Positions 55,748 through 64,000 of a stretch of DNA of 64,000 bases are shown in pieces. The number at the start of each line of letters is the position of its first letter. Position 1 is the first letter of the stretch. This DNA is from Candidatus Moanibacter sp. GTDB taxonomy: Bacteria > Verrucomicrobiota > Verrucomicrobiia > Opitutales > UBA2987. The notes under the pieces are model-generated. The model was not told the DNA's origin. It saw only the letters and a program-made list of their open reading frames with translations, and did no database searches. The DNA lies in assembly GCA_965215885.1 (NCBI GenBank), contig CBDCEW010000101.1, positions 32,001-96,000 of the forward strand, written 5' to 3'. A program made the translations under genes and the position numbers.

Positions 55748-57666
55748 AGACCCCATTCGAAAAGCCTTTCGAGCGGGCGGTTTAAGGTTCTCCGCCACGG
55801 GCGGACCAGCCTATGGCTGGCAGGTTTCGGGTTTTAGGCTGCCGGCGCTGCCGATGAGCAGGTATTGAGCGGCCATCGGCGTGGCTTGCTGCACAATACG
55901 TATATTTGCCGCTGTCTGGAGGCATACTCATCCCGTGGTGCTTTTTTCTCTGAGCTTCAAAGCGGTCAGATTCAGGCTGCCTGTTCCAGTTCCTCCCCTC
56001 GGCGTTTCTTCATCAGTATGATGCGGCAGAAGTTGTAGGCCAGAACCTTCTCGAGCAGTTCATCGCCTACCGCATCGATGCCGCGGCGGCCGAGTTCGCC
56101 AAAGGCAAATCCATCTTTAATCGTGAACATCAGCGACTCCACTGCGGAGCGATCGCGGCGTGCCTCGCGATACGCCTCGCTCTCCCAGTCCTCGGGGGTG
56201 GTCAACTTCTTGCCCTTCGCCCCACTGATACTGATCTGCTTTACCCCCATGCTCAGCACCTCCTTGCGTCCCTTCGCCGAAGCATATCCGTCATCGGTGC
56301 TGACCAGTTCAGCAATGACACCGGTGCGCTTGATCGAATCGCCGATGGCCGGCGCCAGCTCAATGGAGTCTGCCGCGTTGCCTTGCGGTACGATCAGGCT
56401 GGTGACAAAACCGTTTTCGCTGCGAACCAGTTGTGGCTTGTACCCGATCACTGGATTGCGGCTGCCCTTCTTGATGTAGGCCGCCGATCCGTCCGAGAGG
56501 CTCAGGACCTTCTGTGTGGACGGTAGCTTCTTTTCGTGAAACACCCGATCATGAGCATACTCAACAACCCGCTTGGCGTCGGCAATATCGCCCCTGATCT
56601 GGCTCAATGCCCGCTCCAGAAGCTCCCGGCGAGTGGGAGGCAGTGAATCCATCGACAGGCCCTCTTCAAGATGGCTCAGTTCCCCCGTTAGTGAGTCGGC
56701 CGCCTTGCGGCCCCGCTTGAGCAACCGCCGGTAGTGTTTCTTCAGCTTGCCCTTCGACTTCGGTTTGCCCGCGGCCAGACAAATCTGAAACTCCAGCTTG
56801 TCCATTTCCTCCAGCCAACGCCCAACCCATCCCTTGCGAAAATCCTCCAGCCCGAAGACATGCAACTTCTGACCCAAACGATTGGCCCGCATCAAAAGAC
56901 CGCTCAGAATCTTCCCATCGGTGGGCCAGCAGCTGTTTGCTTTCACCGAGGTGCTGTCGATCGTCAGCTTCCCGAAATCGTCCCATTGCTCCTGGAGGAT
57001 AAACCCAATCTGTTTATCAAAGATCAACTCGCGGGTCGTATGGCTGACCAGGTTCACGTTCTCCAGAATCGTCGTCACCGCCGGCATTCTCAGTCCCCCG
57101 CTCTGCAAAAATCCGTACAAGCTCATCGACTCGCGCACAAACCGCCGTGCCGGTTTCGTGGTCAACGAACCCAGAAACCCTCGAATCATCACGAACACGT
57201 ATACCGCATAAGCCGGCATCCGCGGCCGGCCTGCCCCAAGATTCAATTCAGCAGCCAGAATATTCTCCTCCTCGATGTCCAGCTCCGGCAGCTCCGCTGT
57301 GCGCCCTTCAAAGAACCTGCGATCTTCCAATCGAAGTTTCTTCTTCTCACGCGCATGGGCGTCCAGATCCTTCTCGATCGCCTCGATGATTTGCGCCGCG
57401 AACCCGGCCAATTCTTCAACTTCATCCAGAAAATCACGGAAATCCGTGTCTGGAACCGGCAGAATGAGGTTGCTAAGGGGCGTCTTATCGCTTTTGTTCT
57501 CCTCTGTCGCACATGTTGGCATGTTTAACTCCTTTCTTAATCTTAAGTTGTTAAACACTAGCATGTTGCGACACTTTTTATCAAGCCAAAACATGATTTT
57601 TCTCAAGTTTTTCTTGCGCCTTTTGCGCCTCTTTGCGGCCAATCAGTAGCTTTTCGGATAAGGTCA
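55748..57666 (-). mobile_element. IS element (IS5/ISNCY-like DDE)
   Basis: TIRs GACCCCATTCGAAAAGC (55749-55765) and GACCTTATCCGAAAAGC (reverse complement of 57649-57665). Flanking AGCT direct repeat. Confidence 0.8.
55972..57522 (-). CDS. DDE transposase
   Basis: GRPRM, TIDSTSVKAN...WPTD, VSTDDGYAS and RSAVESL motifs. Likely start MPTCAT at 57522. Confidence 0.85.
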   Translation of the reverse strand: MPTCATEENKSDKTPLSNLILPVPDTDFRDFLDEVEELAGFAAQIIEAIEKDLDAHAREKKKLRLEDRRFFEGRTAELPELDIEEENILAAELNLGAGRPRMPAYAVYVFVMIRGFLGSLTTKPARRFVRESMSLYGFLQSGGLRMPAVTTILENVNLVSHTTRELIFDKQIGFILQEQWDDFGKLTIDSTSVKANSCWPTDGKILSGLLMRANRLGQKLHVFGLEDFRKGWVGRWLEEMDKLEFQICLAAGKPKSKGKLKKHYRRLLKRGRKAADSLTGELSHLEEGLSMDSLPPTRRELLERALSQIRGDIADAKRVVEYAHDRVFHEKKLPSTQKVLSLSDGSAAYIKKGSRNPVIGYKPQLVRSENGFVTSLIVPQGNAADSIELAPAIGDSIKRTGVIAELVSTDDGYASAKGRKEVLSMGVKQISISGAKGKKLTTPEDWESEAYREARRDRSAVESLMFTIKDGFAFGELGRRGIDAVGDELLEKVLAYNFCRIILMKKRRGEELEQAA

Positions 57667-57701
57667 AGCTAAATCGTAGCTAATTCACAGTCACAGAGGG
57701 T

Positions 57702-58176
57702 CCTAGCGCGGCGTAGCCGCAACCAAAAAAGAAAGAGAGAACCGCGAATGAACGCGAATGGACACGAATGAAGAGGAAGGTACCACGGATTCGAGAAAAC
57801 CGCGGATTTGATGAAGAGGGGTTGGCAACGGATTGGAGAAGGCAGAACATCGAAGTAAAGACCTTCGGCGTTCGATGTTGAATGTTCGACATTTTCCACC
57901 GCCACAGCTTCCACTGCAATCTTTTAGCCGCACATACAACCCGTTGATGTTCAAAGTACATGGTTCTGTTGTTCAGAAAAGAATGTTTGGCTTCGAAAAC
58001 TTCAATGGACCACAGATTTCTCAGATCGTAGCCCTACCGATTCCTTTCCCATCCGTGGTACTGCGGAGCCATCCGTGGGCATACCTTTCTTCTCATATTC
58101 CTCTCTGTTTCCTCCTGTTCAATTCTCTTCTCGACAGAAGCACCTACCAGTTTGATTGCGGCTTTGCTGCGCCAGG
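57702..58176. repeat. Composite element of about 475 bp bounded by inverted GCGCRGCnnAGCCGCAAYCAAA heads
   Basis: CCTAGCGCGGCGTAGCCGCAACCAAA ... TTTGATTGCGGCTTTGCTGCGCCAGG. Confidence 0.65.
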
Positions 58177-58249
58177 GGTTCAGCGGTTCTGTCATACCAG
58201 AATAGGTGGGCAATGGAATGATCGATTTCACAGCGGCGACGGACTACTC

Positions 58250-58879
58250 CTACTTTCCAACTCTCGGCGCCAGGTTGTTCCATACCTCGCCGAGTTCGAA
58301 AATGCTTTGATAGGTTTGGCGAAGATCTTCCCATACTTCGTTGCGCGTATTGATGGTTCGGCCATCACTTGAACTACTGCTGGCTTCTTTGAGATCGGCC
58401 GCTTTTTCGGCTCCCGCCAACAGCTTCTCGGAAGCGGCCCGAGCGAGTTCTATGTAACGGTCGATCAACTCCTCGTCTGGGGTGTCGGTGTCTCCTTTAG
58501 CATCGTATTGGCTGGGCGGTCCAAATTTGGGGGGCAAGCGACCGCCCTCCGGTGTCCGCCCGGTGTGGGTGGGCACGATGTGGGGAGTGACCGAGAGATA
58601 CATGATTACCGGTTCATCGCCGACGACCGTGACCTTGTGAGGCTGGTCGAGTAGTGCGATGCACATTTGTCCGGGCCCAAGTTCGGCTTCCTCGCCGTCG
58701 ATCTCAAAGAGGCACCGCCCCTGCAGGATGAGAAAGATCTCGTGGCCGAGGTCGTGGCTGTGAAAGGAGGTGGTTTCTTTGCCTGGATCCAAGCGAAGGA
58801 GGCGGGAGCGTATCTGGGGTGTAACCAGGACGTTTCGTAAGTCCTCTTCCCTGCGAAAATCGAATACTTTGAGTTTCAT
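58250..58879 (-). CDS. Cupin domain protein
   Basis: HSHDLGHEIFLILQG...GPGQ...QPHKV cupin motifs. Confidence 0.85.
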   Translation of the reverse strand: MKLKVFDFRREEDLRNVLVTPQIRSRLLRLDPGKETTSFHSHDLGHEIFLILQGRCLFEIDGEEAELGPGQMCIALLDQPHKVTVVGDEPVIMYLSVTPHIVPTHTGRTPEGGRLPPKFGPPSQYDAKGDTDTPDEELIDRYIELARAASEKLLAGAEKAADLKEASSSSSDGRTINTRNEVWEDLRQTYQSIFELGEVWNNLAPRVGK

Positions 58880-59242
58880 TTTATGGCATATATGATCGCA
58901 GCCGTTCGATGGCAAAGAGAATTGAATCCGGGCGCGCCGGGAGAAACGGAGAAGAAGAGGGAATAATTCTCATCCCGGCAAGCCGGGACAAAGACGCAAA
59001 GGGGGGAGAGGAAGACCCCGATGTACGACAGGGCCAGCGTGTCTGGACTCCGCAGTACCACGGTCGGGAAGTCGAATGAAACGACCATGCTGACGGGGTT
59101 CTCTGAAAGGCAGGATGTCCTTGAGCTTGTATCCGAGCTTAAAGACTGTCTGGGGCTGGATTAGCCGGTGGTCGCGTCAAAGACTTCCAGTAACGGCAAC
59201 CCTTCGATTGGGTCAGGAAGCCGTTGATTTGCCGCGAAAGAA

Positions 59243-59511
59243 CCTGGCGCAGCAAAGCCGCAACCAAAGGAGAAGAAGAGAACCGCAGATGCACGCAGAT
59301 GGACGCGAATGCAGAAGGAAACTCCTACTTCCCTTGGAAACTTCGTCGCGAACCTTTTCCCAATGCTCAAGAGATCACTCTCGCTCATTCTCTTTGGGTT
59401 TCCTGCAGCCGCCTCTTTCCCTGGTCTGTCATCCGCGGTTTTCTCGAATCCGTGGGATTTCCTTCTGCATCTGCGTGCATTCGCGTTAATCTGCGGTTCC
59501 ACTCTTTCTTT
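59243..59511. repeat. Composite fold-back repeat (head plus inverted 10-mer arms)
   Basis: Arm 59272-59328 is the reverse complement homologue of 59452-59511. Confidence 0.7.
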
Positions 59512-59542
59512 CAATTTGTCGAAGCGAGATTGCCAGTCCGGG

Positions 59543-59833
59543 CTAGCGTGGCCGTTCGATAACGGTCGCGAGAGTTGTCACAGTGCCATCCGGGGATACT
59601 TTGCGAACGCGGGGAAGCCAGTCCTCTGCACGCTCAACCTCGATGTACCGGAACTCGAGCGCATAGAGGTCGTCTCCCGCCGCTACGACGCCTGTCGGTA
59701 ACCAGGTGTCCGACGAACGAAGGGCCACGGAAACGTCTCCCTGGCTGTCGACCACGATTCCCGACCCGGGGTGCGCAGATGCGCTGTCGAGCAGGGCTGC
59801 CAGAAGAAAGATGCAGAAGGGAGCAGGCCTCAT
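59543..59833 (-). pseudogene. Secreted NHL/beta-propeller-like protein with an in-frame internal deletion
   Basis: Signal peptide plus AHPGSGIVVDSQG is joined directly to C-terminal WLPTGV...LYALE...PRVRKVSPDGTVTTLA. Confidence 0.55.
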
Positions 59834-59874
59834 ATATGATTCCTGTGAAAAAGTCGTCGTTTCGGATTCCGTGA

Positions 59875-59947
59875 CCACGTTCTTGCGAACGCGGCTACAT
59901 ATATCAACGACTTAAGATACGTTGTAGCCGCGTTCGCAAGAACGTGG
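59875..59947. repeat. REP-IHF-REP cassette 3
   Basis: 24-bp perfect inverted REPs around TATCAACGACTTA (59902-59914). Confidence 0.88.
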
Positions 59948-60036
59948 AGATTTCACACCGGAATTCTGTATTGGTATAGCAAATTCACCTGGCGAACAAT
60001 TCGGTCGGCATATACCAATATATGAAGCCTGGCCCT

Positions 60037-60212
60037 AATGGCGCTAAGATAACGGACTTATCGCTCGCAACGGTCTTCGTCCTGGTGCGCGAACTGCGCC
60101 CAGTCAAGAGCGAGCTTCCTACGAGTGTCATAATTTGTTGTAGGAAGGCCGCTTGCGGCCGAAACGGATCGTCGCCGAATTTACCGTTAACGCCAATTAT
60201 TTTGGCGCCATT
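60037..60212. mobile_element. Mini non-autonomous derivative with IS4-type ends
   Basis: Left end AATGGCGCTAAGATAA is identical to 63245-63260. Right end is the reverse complement of AATGGCGCCAAAATAA. Confidence 0.6.
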
Positions 60213-60229
60213 CAAGCCTCCTTTTCACC

Positions 60230-61663
60230 TCAATATTCCCGTGCCCGATAAAACATCCTGTCGCTGGGGGGACTGAATTGCGAGGGGCAGAGAGGCTGCG
60301 GAGAAACGTCGGTCCATACTGTGAGGTCGTCGCTGCTCTGCAGCACGCCTGAATAAAATAGCTCGAGTGTATTCCCGTCGATCTTCGAGAGGCTGATGGT
60401 CGGCGGATCCCCTATGGAAGAGAGAGTGACGAACACATCATCAATTGCCCACGACTCATCTGCTGCTCCTCCGTCCCCATTATGATCCCAACCCGCTCCG
60501 CTGGCGTACCATTCGATCACCGCGGTTGAGGCCGAATGCTGAATCTCTTGAAAAATTGGATCGTTACCCATACTGAACCCCGACTCCCTGTCGTTTGGCG
60601 AGGCGTCCCGAAATCCCAACTGCAACTTCTCCACAAGCAACACCCCGGGGGGCGCCGCGTAATTATTCTCTCCGAGGAACGCGTTCTGAAAGCTCTCCGA
60701 AAAGATCACGACTCCATCGAGAGATACGTTAAAGAAGTCCGGTCCGCTTTCCGCGACTTCCCCATCCCACGTATCGATGATGGCCAACAAAAATCCAATG
60801 GAGATGAAATCGTGCGGAGGCAGGTTGGTCAGAGTAAGGGTCGTTTTCTCCGGTGGGTCGGAAGTCAGATTCCGAAGGAAATTCCCGGAAAACCCGTGAT
60901 CGGAATATCCTTGAACACTCTCGGTCGTCGTGATGCCTGAGAACTCCGCTGGAACTCCCAATTCGAAATCACAGGAGAACTTCCCGTCACTGATGGGGGA
61001 AGCATCCTCCACTCTGATATAGTCGACTAACGCATGGCTCGATTCAGTGGGATCGACACCGGCCCAGATACCGATAAAGTTAGGAGTGCCATCACCATAG
61101 GTTATCGATGACAGGCCCTGCATGAAGGTAGTCCCATCCAGGCTGTAGGACTGAGTATAGGTGTTACCTATCTTCTCGAGACGGAAAAAGAAAGGTGATG
61201 AACCAAGATCCAATGCACTGACAGCATTGGTCCATACCGAGGAGACTTCGGCACCGAATTCAAGATTCCTACCACCGAATACGTGCCCGTAGATCGACCT
61301 TACAAGATTGTCCTGATCATCAAAGGCGACAATATCGAATTGGGTAAAATTCTGGGACACCGGAACAAAGCTCTGAAGACGTACCGTAACTCTGAAATCG
61401 CCCGTCGTCGGCGTGCTGATGAGGAGCATGTTCTCATGGTTATTCTGAGTCGAAAACACATCTCCAGCCGTAGCCTCGAGATCCAGGATTCCCCCGCTTA
61501 AATTGTAGTGAGCAGGATCCTCATTCAAAATTACCCAGTCGCTTGACAACTGCGTCCCCGAGAAATCATCGAAAAATAGAATTTCGGCAAAAGAGTCGGA
61601 TCCAAGGAGCAAACTGAACAGAATCGGGATGACAGTGTCCAATTTACTCCGAGGAAATTTCAT
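60230..61663 (-). CDS. Secreted beta-sandwich (ConA/DUF1349-like) protein with a short C-terminal LQSSDDL..W tail
   Basis: Signal peptide, FFDDFSG...W, FFRLEKIGNTY..SYSLDG.TF, DESWAID, and a C-terminal tail typical of verrucomicrobial secreted proteins. Confidence 0.75.
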   Translation of the reverse strand: MKFPRSKLDTVIPILFSLLLGSDSFAEILFFDDFSGTQLSSDWVILNEDPAHYNLSGGILDLEATAGDVFSTQNNHENMLLISTPTTGDFRVTVRLQSFVPVSQNFTQFDIVAFDDQDNLVRSIYGHVFGGRNLEFGAEVSSVWTNAVSALDLGSSPFFFRLEKIGNTYTQSYSLDGTTFMQGLSSITYGDGTPNFIGIWAGVDPTESSHALVDYIRVEDASPISDGKFSCDFELGVPAEFSGITTTESVQGYSDHGFSGNFLRNLTSDPPEKTTLTLTNLPPHDFISIGFLLAIIDTWDGEVAESGPDFFNVSLDGVVIFSESFQNAFLGENNYAAPPGVLLVEKLQLGFRDASPNDRESGFSMGNDPIFQEIQHSASTAVIEWYASGAGWDHNGDGGAADESWAIDDVFVTLSSIGDPPTISLSKIDGNTLELFYSGVLQSSDDLTVWTDVSPQPLCPSQFSPPSDRMFYRAREY

Positions 61664-61822
61664 GATTCCTACTCGCTGATGCTATCAGACGGTAATTTTC
61701 CGTCAACGTCTGTTAGACAGAGTCCGACAGGCTCACAGCTTTAAAATCTCACACGCTTTCCGGGCTTGTTTGGTGCGGCCCACGGAGTTCGCATGCCAAC
61801 TCGGATTCGCCCGGCAGCCTCA

Positions 61823-62707
61823 TTACAACGTGAAAAACGCGTAGGGTTCATTGAAACCCGGAACGGAGAAATCCCCGAGATGTTGCAGCGTAGCCGAATC
61901 CCTCAGCTTCTCAGCCGCTTTTCCGGAAATAAAGAACCCGTTCTCCTTTGCCTCACTCGCGACCTTTTCGGCTTTGAAAACGAAGTGGACATCGGCGCCG
62001 GTGATGCGTTCCTTACCGCTGGTCGGCCCACCGCCTCCTATGAGAACCTCGCCTCTATGCAGCACGATGCGAAATGGGACCTTTGAGCTGCCGCGGTAGG
62101 CGCGAAATTCCTCCAGTGCAGGGTAGAGTCGTTTTGCGGTATCCTCTTGGTCGATCCAAATGGCGAGTAACCCGTCACCCATGAACTCGTTTACAAAACC
62201 GCCGTGGTTTTCGACGACCTGCTCACACCCAGTCGCCCAGGTCTTAAAACGCCGGCTTACCTCATCTGCGCCCAGTTCGCGGGTGAGGCGAGTGGACCCG
62301 ACGACGTCCGCGAAGAGGAGCCAACACACGCGCTTGGTCGCTTCGACGAGGGTCACATCGCTCCCCGAAAGGGAGTAATCCATTTCGGTGGCCGGGTCGT
62401 CGCTGCGAAAATGCCAGGTCGTCCTTCCAATGCGGATGCGATCACCGGGACGGAGCCTGGAGGCCGTTTGGATCTTCCGGTCGTTAAGATAGCTCCCGTT
62501 GGTGCTGTCGAGATCGGACAGCCACCAGCATCGCCGGGAGGGATCAAAGCTCAAAAGGGCATGCTCTCGCGAGGCCTGGATACCCGGCAGACGCAGATGA
62601 CAGCGGGACGACCGCCCGATCATGAATGAGGAAGTCACTTCGGTGCTCACGCCGTTTTGATCTTCCAACCACGCCCGGCCGCCCTCTTGTCCAGCGAAAG
62701 TACTCAT
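61823..62707 (-). CDS. FHA domain + class III adenylate/guanylate cyclase
   Basis: IGRSS...ASREHA...DLDSTNGSYLN (FHA). LLFADVVGST, FMGDGLLA and RIVLHRG (cyclase). Confidence 0.9.
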   Translation of the reverse strand: MSTFAGQEGGRAWLEDQNGVSTEVTSSFMIGRSSRCHLRLPGIQASREHALLSFDPSRRCWWLSDLDSTNGSYLNDRKIQTASRLRPGDRIRIGRTTWHFRSDDPATEMDYSLSGSDVTLVEATKRVCWLLFADVVGSTRLTRELGADEVSRRFKTWATGCEQVVENHGGFVNEFMGDGLLAIWIDQEDTAKRLYPALEEFRAYRGSSKVPFRIVLHRGEVLIGGGGPTSGKERITGADVHFVFKAEKVASEAKENGFFISGKAAEKLRDSATLQHLGDFSVPGFNEPYAFFTL

Positions 62708-62849
62708 TGGCTGTCCTCTACGGTAACTTCTACGTCCCAACTTCCTTCATTTCGAGTTGTATTATGGACAGGAATGGCCACTTGGCCAGCCATCATCGAG
62801 CACTGCACTTCTTTCATTCAGGGCGCGCTCCGCCTACCGTTTTTCGAAC

Positions 62850-63125
62850 TCAGCGAACCAGTTCTGCACGACAGTGTTCCAGGGTCTGCTCCAGCGGCAG
62901 TGCTCCTTTCTCCAGCCGGGCAGACAGCGTTTCACCCTCCAGGTACTCAAAGACCAGGTAGTGGATAGCCTGGCCTGAGCCTGACGGAGTCCCTGAGCCT
63001 GCCCGCCCTGAGCTCTCTCCCGGGGCCGAATGGGTCGAGGGATCCTGCTCACCGATGTCATAGAGGGTGCTGATATGGGGATGGTTGAGGCTGGAGACGG
63101 CTCGGGCTTCTCGCTCAAACCGCCC
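62850..63125 (-). pseudogene. Ser/Thr protein kinase internal fragment with an in-frame 75-nt repeat insertion
   Basis: RFEREARAVSSLNHPHISTLYDIGEQD[PSTHSAPGESSGRAGSGTPSGSGQA]IHYLVFEYLEGETL. Confidence 0.8.
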
Positions 63126-63243
63126 TGTCCTCTTGGGAGGAATGTTCGCCGATACCAGATCGTTTCGGGATTGAAGGCGATGCAAACGAACGAGTAGAGC
63201 AGACTTTTACTGTCAAAGTGGCGACGTGAAAGGGTCAGACATC

Positions 63244-64000
63244 GAATGGCGCTAAGATAAGCCAAAAATAATTGTAAAAAATATGTAAAAAAGCTTGTAC
63301 TATGACCGTTAGTAGGCTAATCTTGTTGTATGAAAAATATGACAAGATTCCTGCCTGGGTTTAATCACATTCTATGCGGTCGCCCGCCTAAGTCGGCCCT
63401 GGCACAATTAAAGCAAAAACTGGCTCATCTAAGAGAGTCAACTCTATCGGAGTTGTCGGATCTGTTTGATCGGTGGATTCCTCTGGGAGTTTTGCAACCC
63501 AAGAGCGAAAAAGAAAACAGCCGGGAACGAGTCTACTCACTCAGAACGACCTTCTGGGGCTTTCTGTTCCAGGTGCTCTCCCCGCAGACAGCCTGCCGGG
63601 AGGTCGTCAGAAAGGTGCAGAGCTACTGTAGTGAGCGGGAGTTGAACCTGCCCAGTTCCTCCACCTCGGCCTATTGCCAGGCACGTCAGCGCATAGGTAT
63701 AGAGGACTTACAAAAGATCGGTGAAGAGGTCAGCGAGCAGATACACAAGGAGGTAAGGCAAGCGCAGCGGTGGAAGGGGCACGAGGTCAGAGTGATAGAC
63801 GGTACTGGGATCAGTATGCCCGATACCGAGCAGAACCAGAGGGCCTTTCCCCAACCCGGGGGGGCAGAAAGAGGGGTGCGGATTTCCCGTCATGCTTCTG
63901 GTGGGCTGTTTCTGTTTGGCCAGCGGGGCCTTGCTGCACTGTGTCGAGACCACCTTAAAAAACCATGAAAGCGGCATTTTGCGCAAATTCGTTGGGTATT
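63244..64000 (+). mobile_element. IS4-family element (left part), transposase from 63330 with a frameshift in a G7 run
   Basis: End GAATGGCGCTAAG. Motifs SAYCQARQR and VIDGTGISMPDT. Removing one G at 63858-63864 restores QKEGCGFPV. Truncated by the window edge. Confidence 0.85.

Noticed and set aside
57523..57642. Arg/Lys-rich N-terminal extension of the transposase
   Set aside because: Derived from a low-complexity tract and the IS end. A better start with an upstream AGGAG is at 57522.
1..64000. CRISPR array or cas genes
   Set aside because: No run of identical 23-50-nt repeats with unique regular spacers. The repeats are dispersed palindromes or short tandem units.

Overview
This 64-kb window is GC-rich bacterial accessory DNA. 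It is probably Verrucomicrobiota/Opitutae, inferred from a lineage-typical C-terminal domain at 23539-24384 and the FG-GAP/TPR content. Intact genes include three paralogous exported TPR proteins and three FG-GAP/CRTAC1-ASPIC(UnbV) proteins, one fused to an SCO copper-chaperone domain. There is also a stand-alone CoxII-like cupredoxin with a degenerate CuA site, an ABC exporter plus HlyD pair, rapA, rhaM, several sugar-catabolism enzymes, AAA_14/DUF4143 ATPases, an ankyrin protein, an FHA-cyclase and tRNA-Pro(TGG). The window holds seven toxin-antitoxin loci (two of them relics), four IS elements (ISAs1-DUF4338 with a 10-bp TSD, IS200, an IS5/ISNCY-like element and IS4) and many internally deleted gene scraps. 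The intergenic DNA is packed with nested palindromic elements. These are four GTAG-REP hairpin types (three doublets clamp an IHF-consensus or IHF-like site, as in E. coli RIP/BIME-1), a 174-178-bp fold-back MITE with YTAR target duplications, and 13-16-nt mini-palindromes that invade other repeats. A related nested repeat insertion sits in frame in a kinase. The best candidates for something new are: (i) the TPR + FG-GAP/ASPIC + SCO + pseudo-CuA envelope module; (ii) the REP-IHF-REP cassettes in IS-like shells; (iii) a pseudoknot leader upstream of the ankyrin gene; (iv) an alpha/beta-hydrolase fused to a fluorinase/chlorinase C-terminal domain. No CRISPR array or rRNA was seen. All family assignments come from motif recognition, not database searches.
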